Shown piece after piece: positions 1 through 9,072 of a stretch of 64,000 bases of DNA. The stretch comes from Bdellovibrionales bacterium (GTDB lineage: Bacteria; Bdellovibrionota; Bdellovibrionia; Bdellovibrionales; JAUICD01). The DNA lies in NCBI GenBank assembly GCA_965203275.1, contig OZ241865.1, positions 1,472,001 through 1,536,000 of the forward strand. Direction: 5' to 3'. The position numbers were made by a program, and so were the translations under genes. Within the stretch, counting starts at the first letter, position 1, and each line of letters begins with the position of its first letter. A model generated the notes under the pieces. It was given only the letters and a program-made list of their open reading frames with translations, had not been told where the DNA came from and ran no database searches.

Positions 1-150
1 ACTAGTTTAAATTTGATCTATTTGCTGGTTCATCCTTTATTTATTCTTTCAGTTTTTAGGAGACTTAAAGCTTTAGTTTTTGGTAGCTCTCACACCAACT
101 AAAGAATTTGAATTTATTCATCTTATGGTTTTTACATTCTTTTTCTAAAT

Positions 151-164
151 CCTGAGTTTGACAG
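151..164. mobile_element. Isolated IS1634-like terminal sequence CCTGAGTTTGACAG
   Basis: Identical 14-mer at 872-885, next to the IS1634-like transposase C-terminus. Confidence 0.55.
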
Positions 165-478
165 TCGATTTGCAGATATGGGCATCTTTTTTTTAAGAAT
201 GCTTTATTTATAGATATTAAAGGTTTGCAAGCCTTAATTTTTTGAATTTCGTCAGAATTTGTAGTGAAACAAAATTCGAATGCAGTGTGCTAGAAAGTTA
301 TTTTTCTTGATTTTTTGTATTTTTATTCTAGTATATTCTTATGTTTATAAAGAAAACAAAAAAAACACTTTCATAAAACATTACACTTTTTGTCATAATT
401 GACAAAAAGTGTAAAAAATGCTACTATAGAGTAAAAGTAAGGCAAATTAAAAAGAGAAAAACAAAAACGGGGTGCATT

Positions 479-865
479 ATGGAATTTTTAGAAATTATCG
501 GCATTATTGCCGGAATTTTTGTGGGTATTTTTTTACTAGGTTATTATTATCCAAACAAAGAAAGGTTTCAAAATTTGAGCGAAAGAATAAAGGCGGTAGA
601 GTTACACGTAACAAATCATATCCCTTCACAAATTAAGGAAGTTAAAGAAGAAATTAAGGAAGTTAAAGCAGAAGTTAAGGATGTTAAAGAAGAAATTAAG
701 GAAGTTAAAACAGAAGTTAAGGATATTAAAACAGAAGTTAAAACAGAAGTTAAGGATATTAAAACAGAAGTTAAAGCGGAAGTTAAGGATGTTAAGGAAC
801 AAATAAAAAACAGCCAAGAAAATATAATAGAAAGGATCCTGAATAATAACAAAAGGAGTACTTAA
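479..865 (+). CDS. Small membrane-anchored coiled-coil repeat protein (NHIPSQI motif family)
   Basis: N-terminal hydrophobic helix; (K/D)(E/I)VK(T/A)EV tandem repeats; paralogous remnants at 34977 and 50598-50997. Confidence 0.75.
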   Translation: MEFLEIIGIIAGIFVGIFLLGYYYPNKERFQNLSERIKAVELHVTNHIPSQIKEVKEEIKEVKAEVKDVKEEIKEVKTEVKDIKTEVKTEVKDIKTEVKAEVKDVKEQIKNSQENIIERILNNNKRST

Positions 866-871
866 GTAATT

Positions 872-1425
872 CCTGAGTTTGACAGTTGAAAAAATAAAGT
901 TGAGTAAAATCAGTAGGTTATGAGTCGAAAGAGATTTTGTGCCACTAGGTTTTTGTTTTTGTGGCAGAATTTTGGAAAATCTATTAAATTTTAAGATTGA
1001 GATTGTGATGATTCTACTTTTAATTGTTTTGCTGGTATTTTAACTCCTATTGCTTTAAATACATCTGTTGCATAACCTGTGATATCTGTTCTCATCCACA
1101 GGGTCTTATCTTTTAATGTAACTGGCACTGCTCTGACTTCTTTTAACTTTAACATTGCTTCTGAAACACTCAATTGCCTTGGTTGTTTATTCTGACCTGT
1201 CATTAATTCTTCTCTACATTTAATACCTTTTTCATAAAGCTTCTTGCTTAAATAAGCTTCACAAAGATATGATATAAAACATAATACCAAATGACCTAAT
1301 ATCCTCTTGTCTGTCCAATGAAACATCGGACGAGTTTTGAGAAAACCTTTTATATCTCTAAATGCTTTCTCTACTTTCCAAAGATGTTTATAATTTAATA
1401 TAAGCTCCTTTGTTCCAAAGTCTTT
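872..1425 (-). mobile_element. IS1634-family remnant (end plus transposase 3' part)
   Basis: YKHLWKVEKAFRDIKGFLKTRPMFHWTDKRILGHLVLCFISY is typical of the IS1634 DDE C-terminus; terminal sequence at 872. Confidence 0.7.
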
Positions 1426-2205
1426 AGTTTCTTGAATTTGATGTATGCATAAGAAAAGGCTTTGAAATAAGTTTCTTGTCTCTAGTATAAAGTCATTAAG
1501 CCTTACATGGTCTTTTTTGTGCAAATAATAGTTAAACCCATAAGGTTCTTTTAGTAGCATCTTTAAATTATGATAGTCTTTTACATCCTTTTTTTCACAC
1601 ACATCTAAAAATTGAGATATTGTCATTTGATTTATATCATTTGAAGGCCCACTTGTTTTTTTGCAGACATCCAACAGTTGAGGGTCTATACTAGTCAAAC
1701 GAGGGTCTATACTAGTCAAAAACTTTACCAAGTTGGCCACTTCGTCTTTGTGTGGTCTATAATCAAGTATTTCACCTTTAAAAAGACTTTCTTTTAATTC
1801 TTCTCCTACATCTTTCAATATTGATAAAATCTCTTTTTCATCTATAGTCTCTTTTGGTTTTTTTTTATCAACTTGTCTCAAATGGCCATAGAAATTGCGA
1901 ATAGCCCTCATCTTTTCCATCTTTTCAAGAGTTTTGTCATTTATAAAAAAGTCTTCTTTTTTTATTTTTTTTAGAAGCTCATATAGGTCTATAAACAATT
2001 TCTCACGAGCATATTTCTCAACTAAAAGATATGTACACTCATTATCTGCCTTATCAAAGTTTATTTTTTTATCAATAATTCTGCTTTTCTCTTTTAAGTA
2101 ATCAAGAAAAAATTTTATAAGCTTGTTTAATTCAAAAAAACAATCCCGGGCCTTTTCAGCATTTATCATTTTATAATTGTTTTTATTGTCTTTTGAATTT
2201 GTCAT
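991..2205 (-). CDS. Chimeric ORF: N-terminal HEPN-like region fused in frame to an IS1634 transposase C-terminus
   Basis: RNFYGH (RX4H) in a helical N-terminal half; IS1634-like motifs in the last ~140 aa; RBS AAAGGA. Confidence 0.55.
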   Translation of the reverse strand: MTNSKDNKNNYKMINAEKARDCFFELNKLIKFFLDYLKEKSRIIDKKINFDKADNECTYLLVEKYAREKLFIDLYELLKKIKKEDFFINDKTLEKMEKMRAIRNFYGHLRQVDKKKPKETIDEKEILSILKDVGEELKESLFKGEILDYRPHKDEVANLVKFLTSIDPRLTSIDPQLLDVCKKTSGPSNDINQMTISQFLDVCEKKDVKDYHNLKMLLKEPYGFNYYLHKKDHVRLNDFILETRNLFQSLFLCIHQIQETKDFGTKELILNYKHLWKVEKAFRDIKGFLKTRPMFHWTDKRILGHLVLCFISYLCEAYLSKKLYEKGIKCREELMTGQNKQPRQLSVSEAMLKLKEVRAVPVTLKDKTLWMRTDITGYATDVFKAIGVKIPAKQLKVESSQSQS

Positions 2206-2295
2206 ATTCCACGTCCTTTCTTTGTTAATTAATTGATTAATTTAAATACCTAAAGAAACTATCGGTATGACTTTGGTCTGACTTAATGATTTATT

Positions 2296-3695
2296 GAGCA
2301 TGTCCTATAATTCGGTGAATTTTTCTTAGAGAAGATGTTAAGATAGAAGGCTCCTGGTTGGCATATTTCAGCCAACCAAATTTTATTAACAATTAACTTT
2401 TAAAAATAAAAAGAAAGGAGCCATTATGAAGTGTACCAAAAATAGTCATTCATTTCAAGTTTCAGCCAATACTTTGTCAGAAATTCGTCAGATTGTAGAG
2501 GATGAGATCAAGTCATCTATTCTTTGTTCGGTCTATGGTTTTTTTGAAGCAGAGCTATTAGAGCTTTGCGGTGAGCGTTATGGTCGTCATAGAGATACAC
2601 CATATCATAGAGCTGGTAGTGATAAAGGTAGCATACTTGCAGGTGGTCAAAAGTTGCAGGTTAGGAAGCCTCGTGTTAAGCAGTCAGGTCGTGAAGTGAG
2701 GCTTAAGATCTATTCAGCCCTTCAACACTATGACATACTCAGTGATCGTGTTTTAAAACATGCCATGAGTGGAGTTTCATCACGGAATTACAATCATCTT
2801 TTAGATGATATTTCAGGAGGGCTTAAACTTTCTAGGAGTAGTGTGAGTAGAGTTTTTAATAAGTCATCTAAACAAGCCCTTGAGTCGATTAACAATCGTG
2901 ATTTAAGTAAGTACAGGTTTCCAGCGATAATGATAGATGGAGTGGGTATTGGTTCTACGCTGGTTATAGTGGCCTTAGGAATCACAGATCAAGGTAAGAA
3001 GGTTATATTAGGTCTTAAAGAAGGCAATACAGAGAGTTGGGAAGTTTGCCGTGATCTTCTGGAGGGACTTATAGGTCGTGGTCTTGATAAAGAGAAGGGT
3101 TATCTTTTTGTGATTGATGGTAGCAAAGCATTAAGGAAGGGAATAGATAGAGTATTTTCAGGTCGTTCAGTAGTTCAGCGTTGTATTCAGCATAAAGAGA
3201 GAAATATTCTGAGTTGCTTACCTCCAAGTCGTCACATAGAGTTTAAGAGTCGTTGGAAGAAGTTACATGGTATGCCAGATGAGTTGTCATCGAAGTTAGA
3301 GCATGAGTCTTTATTAAGCTGGTTAAAGCGGGTCAATCATTCAGCATTCACATCTTTAAAAGAGGCAGAGATGGAGACACTGACAACGATCAAGCTTGGA
3401 GTTTCATTACTTTTAAGGAGGTCATTATCATCGACAAATCCTATTGAGTCTGTTTTTTCAGTTGTGAGGGAAAAAGTTCGGAGGGTAAAGAATTGGAGTT
3501 CTTCTTCAGATCAAGTTTTAAGATGGTCTGCTGTGAGTCTATTGGAAGCAGAAAAACATTTCAAAAGCATTAAAGGATTTAAAGATTTAGAACAATTAGA
3601 ACAAAGTTTAAAAAAAATTATTATTGACAAAAAGAAAAAACAATTAAAAACTAATTTATGAGCCGTCTATTTTCACCGATATCAGGGACAAGCTC
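2296..3695 (+). mobile_element. Complete IS256-family element with 8-bp target site duplication
   Basis: Imperfect TIRs GAGCATGTCC..TCGGTGAA / TTCACCGA..GGACAAGCTC; GATTTATT at 2288-2295 and 3696-3703. Confidence 0.92.
2426..3661 (+). CDS. IS256 family (Mutator-type) transposase
   Basis: IMIDG, VIDGSKAL, QRCIQHKERN, STNPIES motifs. Confidence 0.93.
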   Translation: MKCTKNSHSFQVSANTLSEIRQIVEDEIKSSILCSVYGFFEAELLELCGERYGRHRDTPYHRAGSDKGSILAGGQKLQVRKPRVKQSGREVRLKIYSALQHYDILSDRVLKHAMSGVSSRNYNHLLDDISGGLKLSRSSVSRVFNKSSKQALESINNRDLSKYRFPAIMIDGVGIGSTLVIVALGITDQGKKVILGLKEGNTESWEVCRDLLEGLIGRGLDKEKGYLFVIDGSKALRKGIDRVFSGRSVVQRCIQHKERNILSCLPPSRHIEFKSRWKKLHGMPDELSSKLEHESLLSWLKRVNHSAFTSLKEAEMETLTTIKLGVSLLLRRSLSSTNPIESVFSVVREKVRRVKNWSSSSDQVLRWSAVSLLEAEKHFKSIKGFKDLEQLEQSLKKIIIDKKKKQLKTNL

Positions 3696-3747
3696 GATTT
3701 ATTTGATAAAAAAAGATTCTCACTTTGAGACAAATATAGAATTGGTA

Positions 3748-4242
3748 TTATTCTGTAGCCCCGGCTTCTTTTAATAGCCTTATAATATCTTCTCTACCTC
3801 TAGCATGATTTAAAGCGGTAAGTCCGGTGTAGTCTTGAACATTGACATCAGCACCAGCCGCTAGCAATAATTTTACAATTTCAATATGACCTTTCCAACT
3901 TGCATCCATTAAAGCCGTCTCTCTATGTATTGTCATTCCATTAACGTCAGCTCCGGCCGCTAGCAATAACCTTACAATCTCTATAGATTGATACCGAAAA
4001 ATAGCCATCATTAAGGTCGTATGGTTTTCAAAAGAGGGACCATCAGAAAAAATATGGTTTACATTAGCTCCGGCCGCTAGCAATAGCTTTACAATCTCAA
4101 GGTATATTGGTTGGTCAGTATTATTAAAATATTCCATAGCATAATTTAAAGCCGTCCAGCCACTATTGTCTTGAATATCAGTATTAGCATCGGCCTCTAG
4201 CAACAGTTTTACAATCTCTATATGATTATTCTCACTAGCCAA
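3748..4242 (-). CDS. Ankyrin-repeat protein, probably 5'-truncated
   Basis: Four repeats of TAL..A...GH.EIVKLLLAAGADVN; begins mid-repeat at a TTG with no RBS. Confidence 0.85.
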   Translation of the reverse strand: MASENNHIEIVKLLLEADANTDIQDNSGWTALNYAMEYFNNTDQPIYLEIVKLLLAAGANVNHIFSDGPSFENHTTLMMAIFRYQSIEIVRLLLAAGADVNGMTIHRETALMDASWKGHIEIVKLLLAAGADVNVQDYTGLTALNHARGREDIIRLLKEAGATE

Positions 4243-4280
4243 CTCACAATAGTTTAAATTTGTTAAAGGTTATAAAAAAA

Positions 4281-4603
4281 CTAAGCTACTTTGCGAAGTT
4301 TGTTTGGTTTTTTGTGTTTTTTTGCCTTCTTTTGTTTTGCTTTGGTTTTTGGAGTGATATCTTTTTCAACCTTGTTTTGTTCCAGTGTTTCTCTACTTGA
4401 GAGGAAAGAGCTTATAGTATGAGGAGTTTCTTTCACTGTATTTTTTATGCGTTTCATTACTTTTTTGTTCTCATGTAGGGGTGTCACCTTGTTAAGATCT
4501 CCTTTTGTTCTTGCACCTTCTTTTACACCTTCATCGTAGATAATGTGTGCTATTTTGCAGGCACATACTGTCCCGAGGCTAATGGTAATAGTGGTAATGG
4601 CAT
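4281..4603 (-). pseudogene. Small basic hypothetical protein with one frameshift near its start
   Basis: AAGGAGG-ATG at 4603 (MPLPLLPLA..) shifts into the frame GTVCACKIAHII..VTPLHENKK. Confidence 0.45.
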
Positions 4604-4679
4604 AATAAACCTCCTTATGGTTTTTATGGTTTTGGTTAATATGGTTTTAGTTAATAAAATTAAATTAATTAAAAAAAAA

Positions 4680-4703
4680 CATAGGGACCGTTAAGCCCCT
4701 ATG
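4680..4703 (-). terminator. Intrinsic terminator after the pilin gene
   Basis: CATAGGG..CCCTATG hairpin with an A-run on + (U-run on -). Confidence 0.6.
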
Positions 4704-4739
4704 CATAATTAATTGTACACTGTTTAAAAAGTTATGTAA

Positions 4740-5522
4740 TTAAAGCCCTGATTCTGTATTTACAAGTTGCTTATCTTCGTTTATTGTCCATTGATCTAAG
4801 TTAGATGTACCAGTAGAACCATCAATAACACCAGTTGCTCCAATTTGAAATTGAACGTTCCTAATACCTGTGTTTTGAACTCCTCCTCCCCTAGCTGTTG
4901 TACAAGCTTGAGCATTATTACTACTTGTATTACAACCAGAAGTGACTCCACTCGCTGCACATTTGACAGTATTAGTGGAGTTATATGTTGCACTACAAGA
5001 ACAGCCATCATTGGCTTGAGCTACACTTAAACAAGTTCCTTGTATTGCCATACTAGTTTTTAAAGTACCCACAGCAGGTGAAGTATAAGCCATATCATGG
5101 CCTAAAAACGTGTGTGAGTTGATGTTATTATCATCTGACGGCAAAGGGCCTCTATAACCAGTTGCTCTTTGATTTTCATCATTAATCGTAACTGTTAGTT
5201 CGTCTCTATCGTTATCATGCCATCCAACAACATAATAGCTCGCTTCCCCTTTTTGAGCATATCCTAATAATTCTAAATTAGTAGTTCCATAACCCCATTC
5301 GTTTATAAATGTGGTTTGAGAAGTAAACAAAGAACCAAGTTTTGCTCTTGCCTCTGTTTGCACTGCTCTTCTTTGAAACTGTTGATAGTTTGGAACTGCT
5401 ATTGCGGCCAGAATTCCAATAATAGCTACGACGACCATTAATTCAATCAATGAAAAGCCTTTTTGGTTTGCTAAGCCAAAAAGCCCTTTCCCTTTTATTA
5501 AATATTTATTAAAAGTATTCAT
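4740..5522 (-). CDS. Type IV pilin (PilA-like), long Cys-rich variable domain
   Basis: KG|FSLIELMVVVAIIGILAAIAVP N-methylation motif; RBS AAGGAG before ATG at 5522. Confidence 0.92.
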   Translation of the reverse strand: MNTFNKYLIKGKGLFGLANQKGFSLIELMVVVAIIGILAAIAVPNYQQFQRRAVQTEARAKLGSLFTSQTTFINEWGYGTTNLELLGYAQKGEASYYVVGWHDNDRDELTVTINDENQRATGYRGPLPSDDNNINSHTFLGHDMAYTSPAVGTLKTSMAIQGTCLSVAQANDGCSCSATYNSTNTVKCAASGVTSGCNTSSNNAQACTTARGGGVQNTGIRNVQFQIGATGVIDGSTGTSNLDQWTINEDKQLVNTESGL

Positions 5523-5559
5523 GATTACGTTCTCCTTTAATTTTAAAGTTGTTCGTTCC

Positions 5560-5830
5560 ACTCAAAGTGAACAGGCTTTTGAGACAATGACCACTTTGTC
5601 AAAGGCGAAAAAAGTGAAATAAATATCTTGTTTCCTTAACTTCCTGTAAAGAAACAGGAGGATTCTTCCTACTAAAAATAAACGGATTTTTGAGGCAATC
5701 AGCCTTTGATCGACGGCGGTAGCCGTCGGGCTGATTGCCCAAAAACAGCCAGAGGCTGGTTTATTTTTAGTGAGACAAAATGCGGTCATTGTCCAAAAGT
5801 GGCCAGAGGCCAGTTCACTTTGAGTGAAAC
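5560..5830 (+). repeat. Nested multi-stem palindromic element in the pilin 5' region
   Basis: ACTCAAAGTGAAC..GTTCACTTTGAGT outer unit interrupted by an ACTAAAAATAAAC..GTTTATTTTTAGT unit. Confidence 0.85.
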
Positions 5831-5858
5831 AATGTTTACAATTGTTAGATTTGCTAAG

Positions 5859-5873
5859 GCAATTTCATTGCCA
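5859..5873 (-). promoter_or_regulatory. Sigma54 -24/-12 promoter of the pilin gene
   Basis: Minus strand TGGCAATGAAATTGC = GG-N10-GC. Confidence 0.65.
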
Positions 5874-5968
5874 TCTAACACAATTCTTATCGTTTATTAT
5901 GACATAAAACTTCATATCTTTTTTAAAAAAATCAAAAAAAAGTAACTTTTTGTATCAAAAAGAATCAC

Positions 5969-6001
5969 TTTTTAAAATTTTTGTATCATCTTGAAACACT
6001 T
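5969..6001 (+). repeat. 33-bp direct repeat, left of Zorya
   Basis: TTTTTAAAATTTTTGTATCATCTTGAAACACTT also at 13633-13665. Confidence 0.9.
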
Positions 6002-6167
6002 AACAAGCTTAAAGATATAAGATCAGAGAAATAAATTGGGAAACAAGTTTATTTTTTAATGCTAGGTTCAAAAATTATTGAACTCAAAACTGAAATAAAG
6101 TCTTTAGAAAAAATCAAAATGAACCGATTCAATTTATAATTTAGATAGAAAAAAGAAAGGATCGAAC

Positions 6168-8315
6168 ATGGATAAGATAATGGAGCTTAATAAAAATTTA
6201 TGGGAAAATGCAAATGAATTACTTGTATCTTTAGATATTAATCTTGTGATGACAGTATTTGTGATCTTGATATTTGGTTATTTTCTATACCATCTTGTTG
6301 AAATGTATAGAAGTACAAATACAATTGAGAAAGACCTAAAAGATGTTAATAATTTAATGGAACAATGTATAGGAAAGGATCGCAATCAATTTTATAGTAG
6401 AATGGTTACAGAATTTGATAAGATCAATAGTAAGTTAGAATCCAATGCATCCTTAAAACATAAATGGCATGAATTTAAAGAGCATATTATCTTTCTTTCT
6501 GATGAAGAATCGTCTCAATCTGATACAAATACACTTAAAATAAAAAATTCTATTCAACCTGATTTTTTCTTCCATGAAGAAGTTTTTTTAGAAGGTACAA
6601 ATGCAGATTTAAGATATTTGGATTCTATTCCAGGTAAGCTGACAAGCTTAGGGATTTTAGGTACATTTATAGGGCTTAGTATTGGTATCGCTGGGGCTAT
6701 GGTTGATGTCTCAGGAAATGCTATAACAATTGAATCATTAATTCCGCTTTTAAAAGGGGCAAGCTTAGCATTTATGACATCAGTGCTAGGGGTATTTTTA
6801 ACTATTATCTTCTCACATATTGAGAAAAGAAAAATCAAATCTATCCGCATTGAATTAAAAAAGTTTGTAGATTATTTAGAAAAGTCATTTAAATTAATCA
6901 CAACTGAACAGATCATATCAGAAGTGCATTTAAGTATTCAAGAACAAAATAAAAAGTTTGATGGTTTTAGCAATGAGCTAGCCGTAGCAATAGGAAACAC
7001 TTTAAAAGATCCACTGACAAAAGGCATCTCTCAAATTGTTGATGGGATGTCTTCTTTAAAATCTGCACAACAAAATATCAGCAATGACCTCATTGGTCAG
7101 TTAAGTGAGAAGCTTTCTGGAGGTTTATCTTCTCAGGTTCAAAAAGCTCAAGAACAAGCCGGTCAAACCTTGCATAACATACAAGGCATTTTCCAAGATC
7201 AGTCTCAACACATTATAACATCTCAAAATGAAATGATGGAAAAAACAAATCAAATGATGGCAAATATCTCTCATACCATTCAAGAACAACAAAAATTTAT
7301 GAAACATCAATCTGAAAAATCTGCTCATCATTTAGCTTCATCTCAAGAGCAAATCATTGCAACTACAAAACAAATGGTCAGTGATATTATCAATGCCACA
7401 GAAAGCCAGCAGAAAAATCTAATGGAACAAACTCAAGATTCAACCCATCAATTGATAGCTTCTCAAGATAAATTTGTTCACCTTCAAAATGATGTTCATA
7501 CAAAAGCAAAAGAAAACATAGCAGAACTTTTCAAAGCATCTCAAGATCAACAAAAATACATAGCAGAGCAAACTACAAACTCTGCAAGACACTTTGTTCA
7601 ATCTCAAAATAAGATGATAGAAAAAACAAATCAAATGATCACAAATATATCAGAGACGATTCAAGAACAAAGACATCAAATAACAGATCAAAATAAAAAA
7701 TCAACAGAGTCTTTTATAAAATCTGCACAAGAAGTTCTTTTTGAATTTTCTAAAGCATCTCAAGACCAACAGATACAATTTAAAAACCAAATAGCAAAAC
7801 ATTTAGAAGTATTTTCTACCATGGTAGAAAAAATCAAAGAAGCCTCGTATACTTTAATCCCACTTTTAAAACAGCTCCATAATAATCTTGATCAAAATAA
7901 AAATATTACAGAAGATAACAAGCATCTTATTGAAAAACAAAAAGAGCTTATTGCACATTTTAAAGATTGCTCAAATCAAATAAGTCGTTCAAGCCAGGAA
8001 CTCAATCAAGCAGGAGATTCTATTATGGAGGCTTCTAAATTTATAAAAGAAATACCTCATCAAATGCAAGAAACCAATCGCAACCTTGAAGCTGTTTGGA
8101 GTGATTATCAATCTCGTTTTGAAGGTGTAGATGAAAAACTAATTCGCACTTTTAACATATTTAAAGATGGTGCAAGTACTTATCAGAATGCTGTCGATGA
8201 ACATGTAAAAAATATAACAGCAGAATATAGCAAAGCCATTAATATTTTAGCAGATCAGTTAGAAGAATTAAGTGACATTCTTGATATAAGAAAGAACAAA
8301 GATTATGCTGCTTAA
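6168..8315 (+). CDS. zorA: Zorya ZorA (MotA-like TM domain plus long coiled tail)
   Basis: IPGKLTSLGILGTFIGL and AFMTSVLG TM motifs; ~450-aa Gln-rich helical tail; operon context. Confidence 0.9.
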   Translation: MDKIMELNKNLWENANELLVSLDINLVMTVFVILIFGYFLYHLVEMYRSTNTIEKDLKDVNNLMEQCIGKDRNQFYSRMVTEFDKINSKLESNASLKHKWHEFKEHIIFLSDEESSQSDTNTLKIKNSIQPDFFFHEEVFLEGTNADLRYLDSIPGKLTSLGILGTFIGLSIGIAGAMVDVSGNAITIESLIPLLKGASLAFMTSVLGVFLTIIFSHIEKRKIKSIRIELKKFVDYLEKSFKLITTEQIISEVHLSIQEQNKKFDGFSNELAVAIGNTLKDPLTKGISQIVDGMSSLKSAQQNISNDLIGQLSEKLSGGLSSQVQKAQEQAGQTLHNIQGIFQDQSQHIITSQNEMMEKTNQMMANISHTIQEQQKFMKHQSEKSAHHLASSQEQIIATTKQMVSDIINATESQQKNLMEQTQDSTHQLIASQDKFVHLQNDVHTKAKENIAELFKASQDQQKYIAEQTTNSARHFVQSQNKMIEKTNQMITNISETIQEQRHQITDQNKKSTESFIKSAQEVLFEFSKASQDQQIQFKNQIAKHLEVFSTMVEKIKEASYTLIPLLKQLHNNLDQNKNITEDNKHLIEKQKELIAHFKDCSNQISRSSQELNQAGDSIMEASKFIKEIPHQMQETNRNLEAVWSDYQSRFEGVDEKLIRTFNIFKDGASTYQNAVDEHVKNITAEYSKAINILADQLEELSDILDIRKNKDYAA

Positions 8316-9069
8316 AAAAAAAGAACGAACTTCATATAATAACTCTCATGCACAGTTATCTATCAGTGACCTGATGTCTGGCTTGGTGTTTATTTTTATC
8401 ATTATTATTGTTATATTTGCCATACAATTAGATCAAACCAATAAACAAAAAATTCAAGCACTAAATGAACATAAAGAAACCAGTGATGCTCTTGAAGACA
8501 TATTAAAAAACATTCAAAAAAATTTTAAAGAAGAAGAAAATATACAAATAGAAGTGGATCTCGAAAATAAAATATTGCATTTACCGACAGATGTATTGTT
8601 TGAAAGTGGAAAATATACCCTTAATGAAGCAAAAGGTATTCCTATAGTTGAACGTCTGGGATGGCTTTTTAAAAAATATCTTGATTGTTCTGATCAAAAT
8701 CAAAATAAAAATCAAAATAAAATATGTGATGGCGATAAATTAAAATTAGAAACAATATTTATTGAAGGTCACTCTGATGATGTTCCACTAGGCTATAAAT
8801 TAAAACTGATTATAGGGTCAAATCTCAACCTTTCAGTTCAAAGAGCTATTCATACCAATAATGAGATGAAAGATCATATTCAATATCTTAAAAATTATCA
8901 AGGGGATTACTTATTCAGTGTTGTAGGTTATGGTGAAAAAAGACCTCTAACAAAAAAGCCAATTAATTTTAAGAACCTCCCTTTTAAAAAACAAGAAGAA
9001 TATCACAAAAAAAATAGAAGAATTGATTTAAGATTTTTAGTGGGTATCCCAAAAATATTAAGGAATTAA
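8305..9069 (+). CDS. zorB: Zorya ZorB (MotB/OmpA-like)
   Basis: SISDLMSGL TM with the conserved Asp; IEGHSD, NLNLSVQRA, NRRIDLR OmpA motifs. Confidence 0.92.
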   Translation: MLLKKKERTSYNNSHAQLSISDLMSGLVFIFIIIIVIFAIQLDQTNKQKIQALNEHKETSDALEDILKNIQKNFKEEENIQIEVDLENKILHLPTDVLFESGKYTLNEAKGIPIVERLGWLFKKYLDCSDQNQNKNQNKICDGDKLKLETIFIEGHSDDVPLGYKLKLIIGSNLNLSVQRAIHTNNEMKDHIQYLKNYQGDYLFSVVGYGEKRPLTKKPINFKNLPFKKQEEYHKKNRRIDLRFLVGIPKILRN

Positions 9070-9072
9070 GTT

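Noticed and set aside
616..852. Antisense repeat ORFs (also 58231-58485, 58805-59065, 59385-59633)
   Set aside because: Shadows of repetitive coding sequence on the opposite strand
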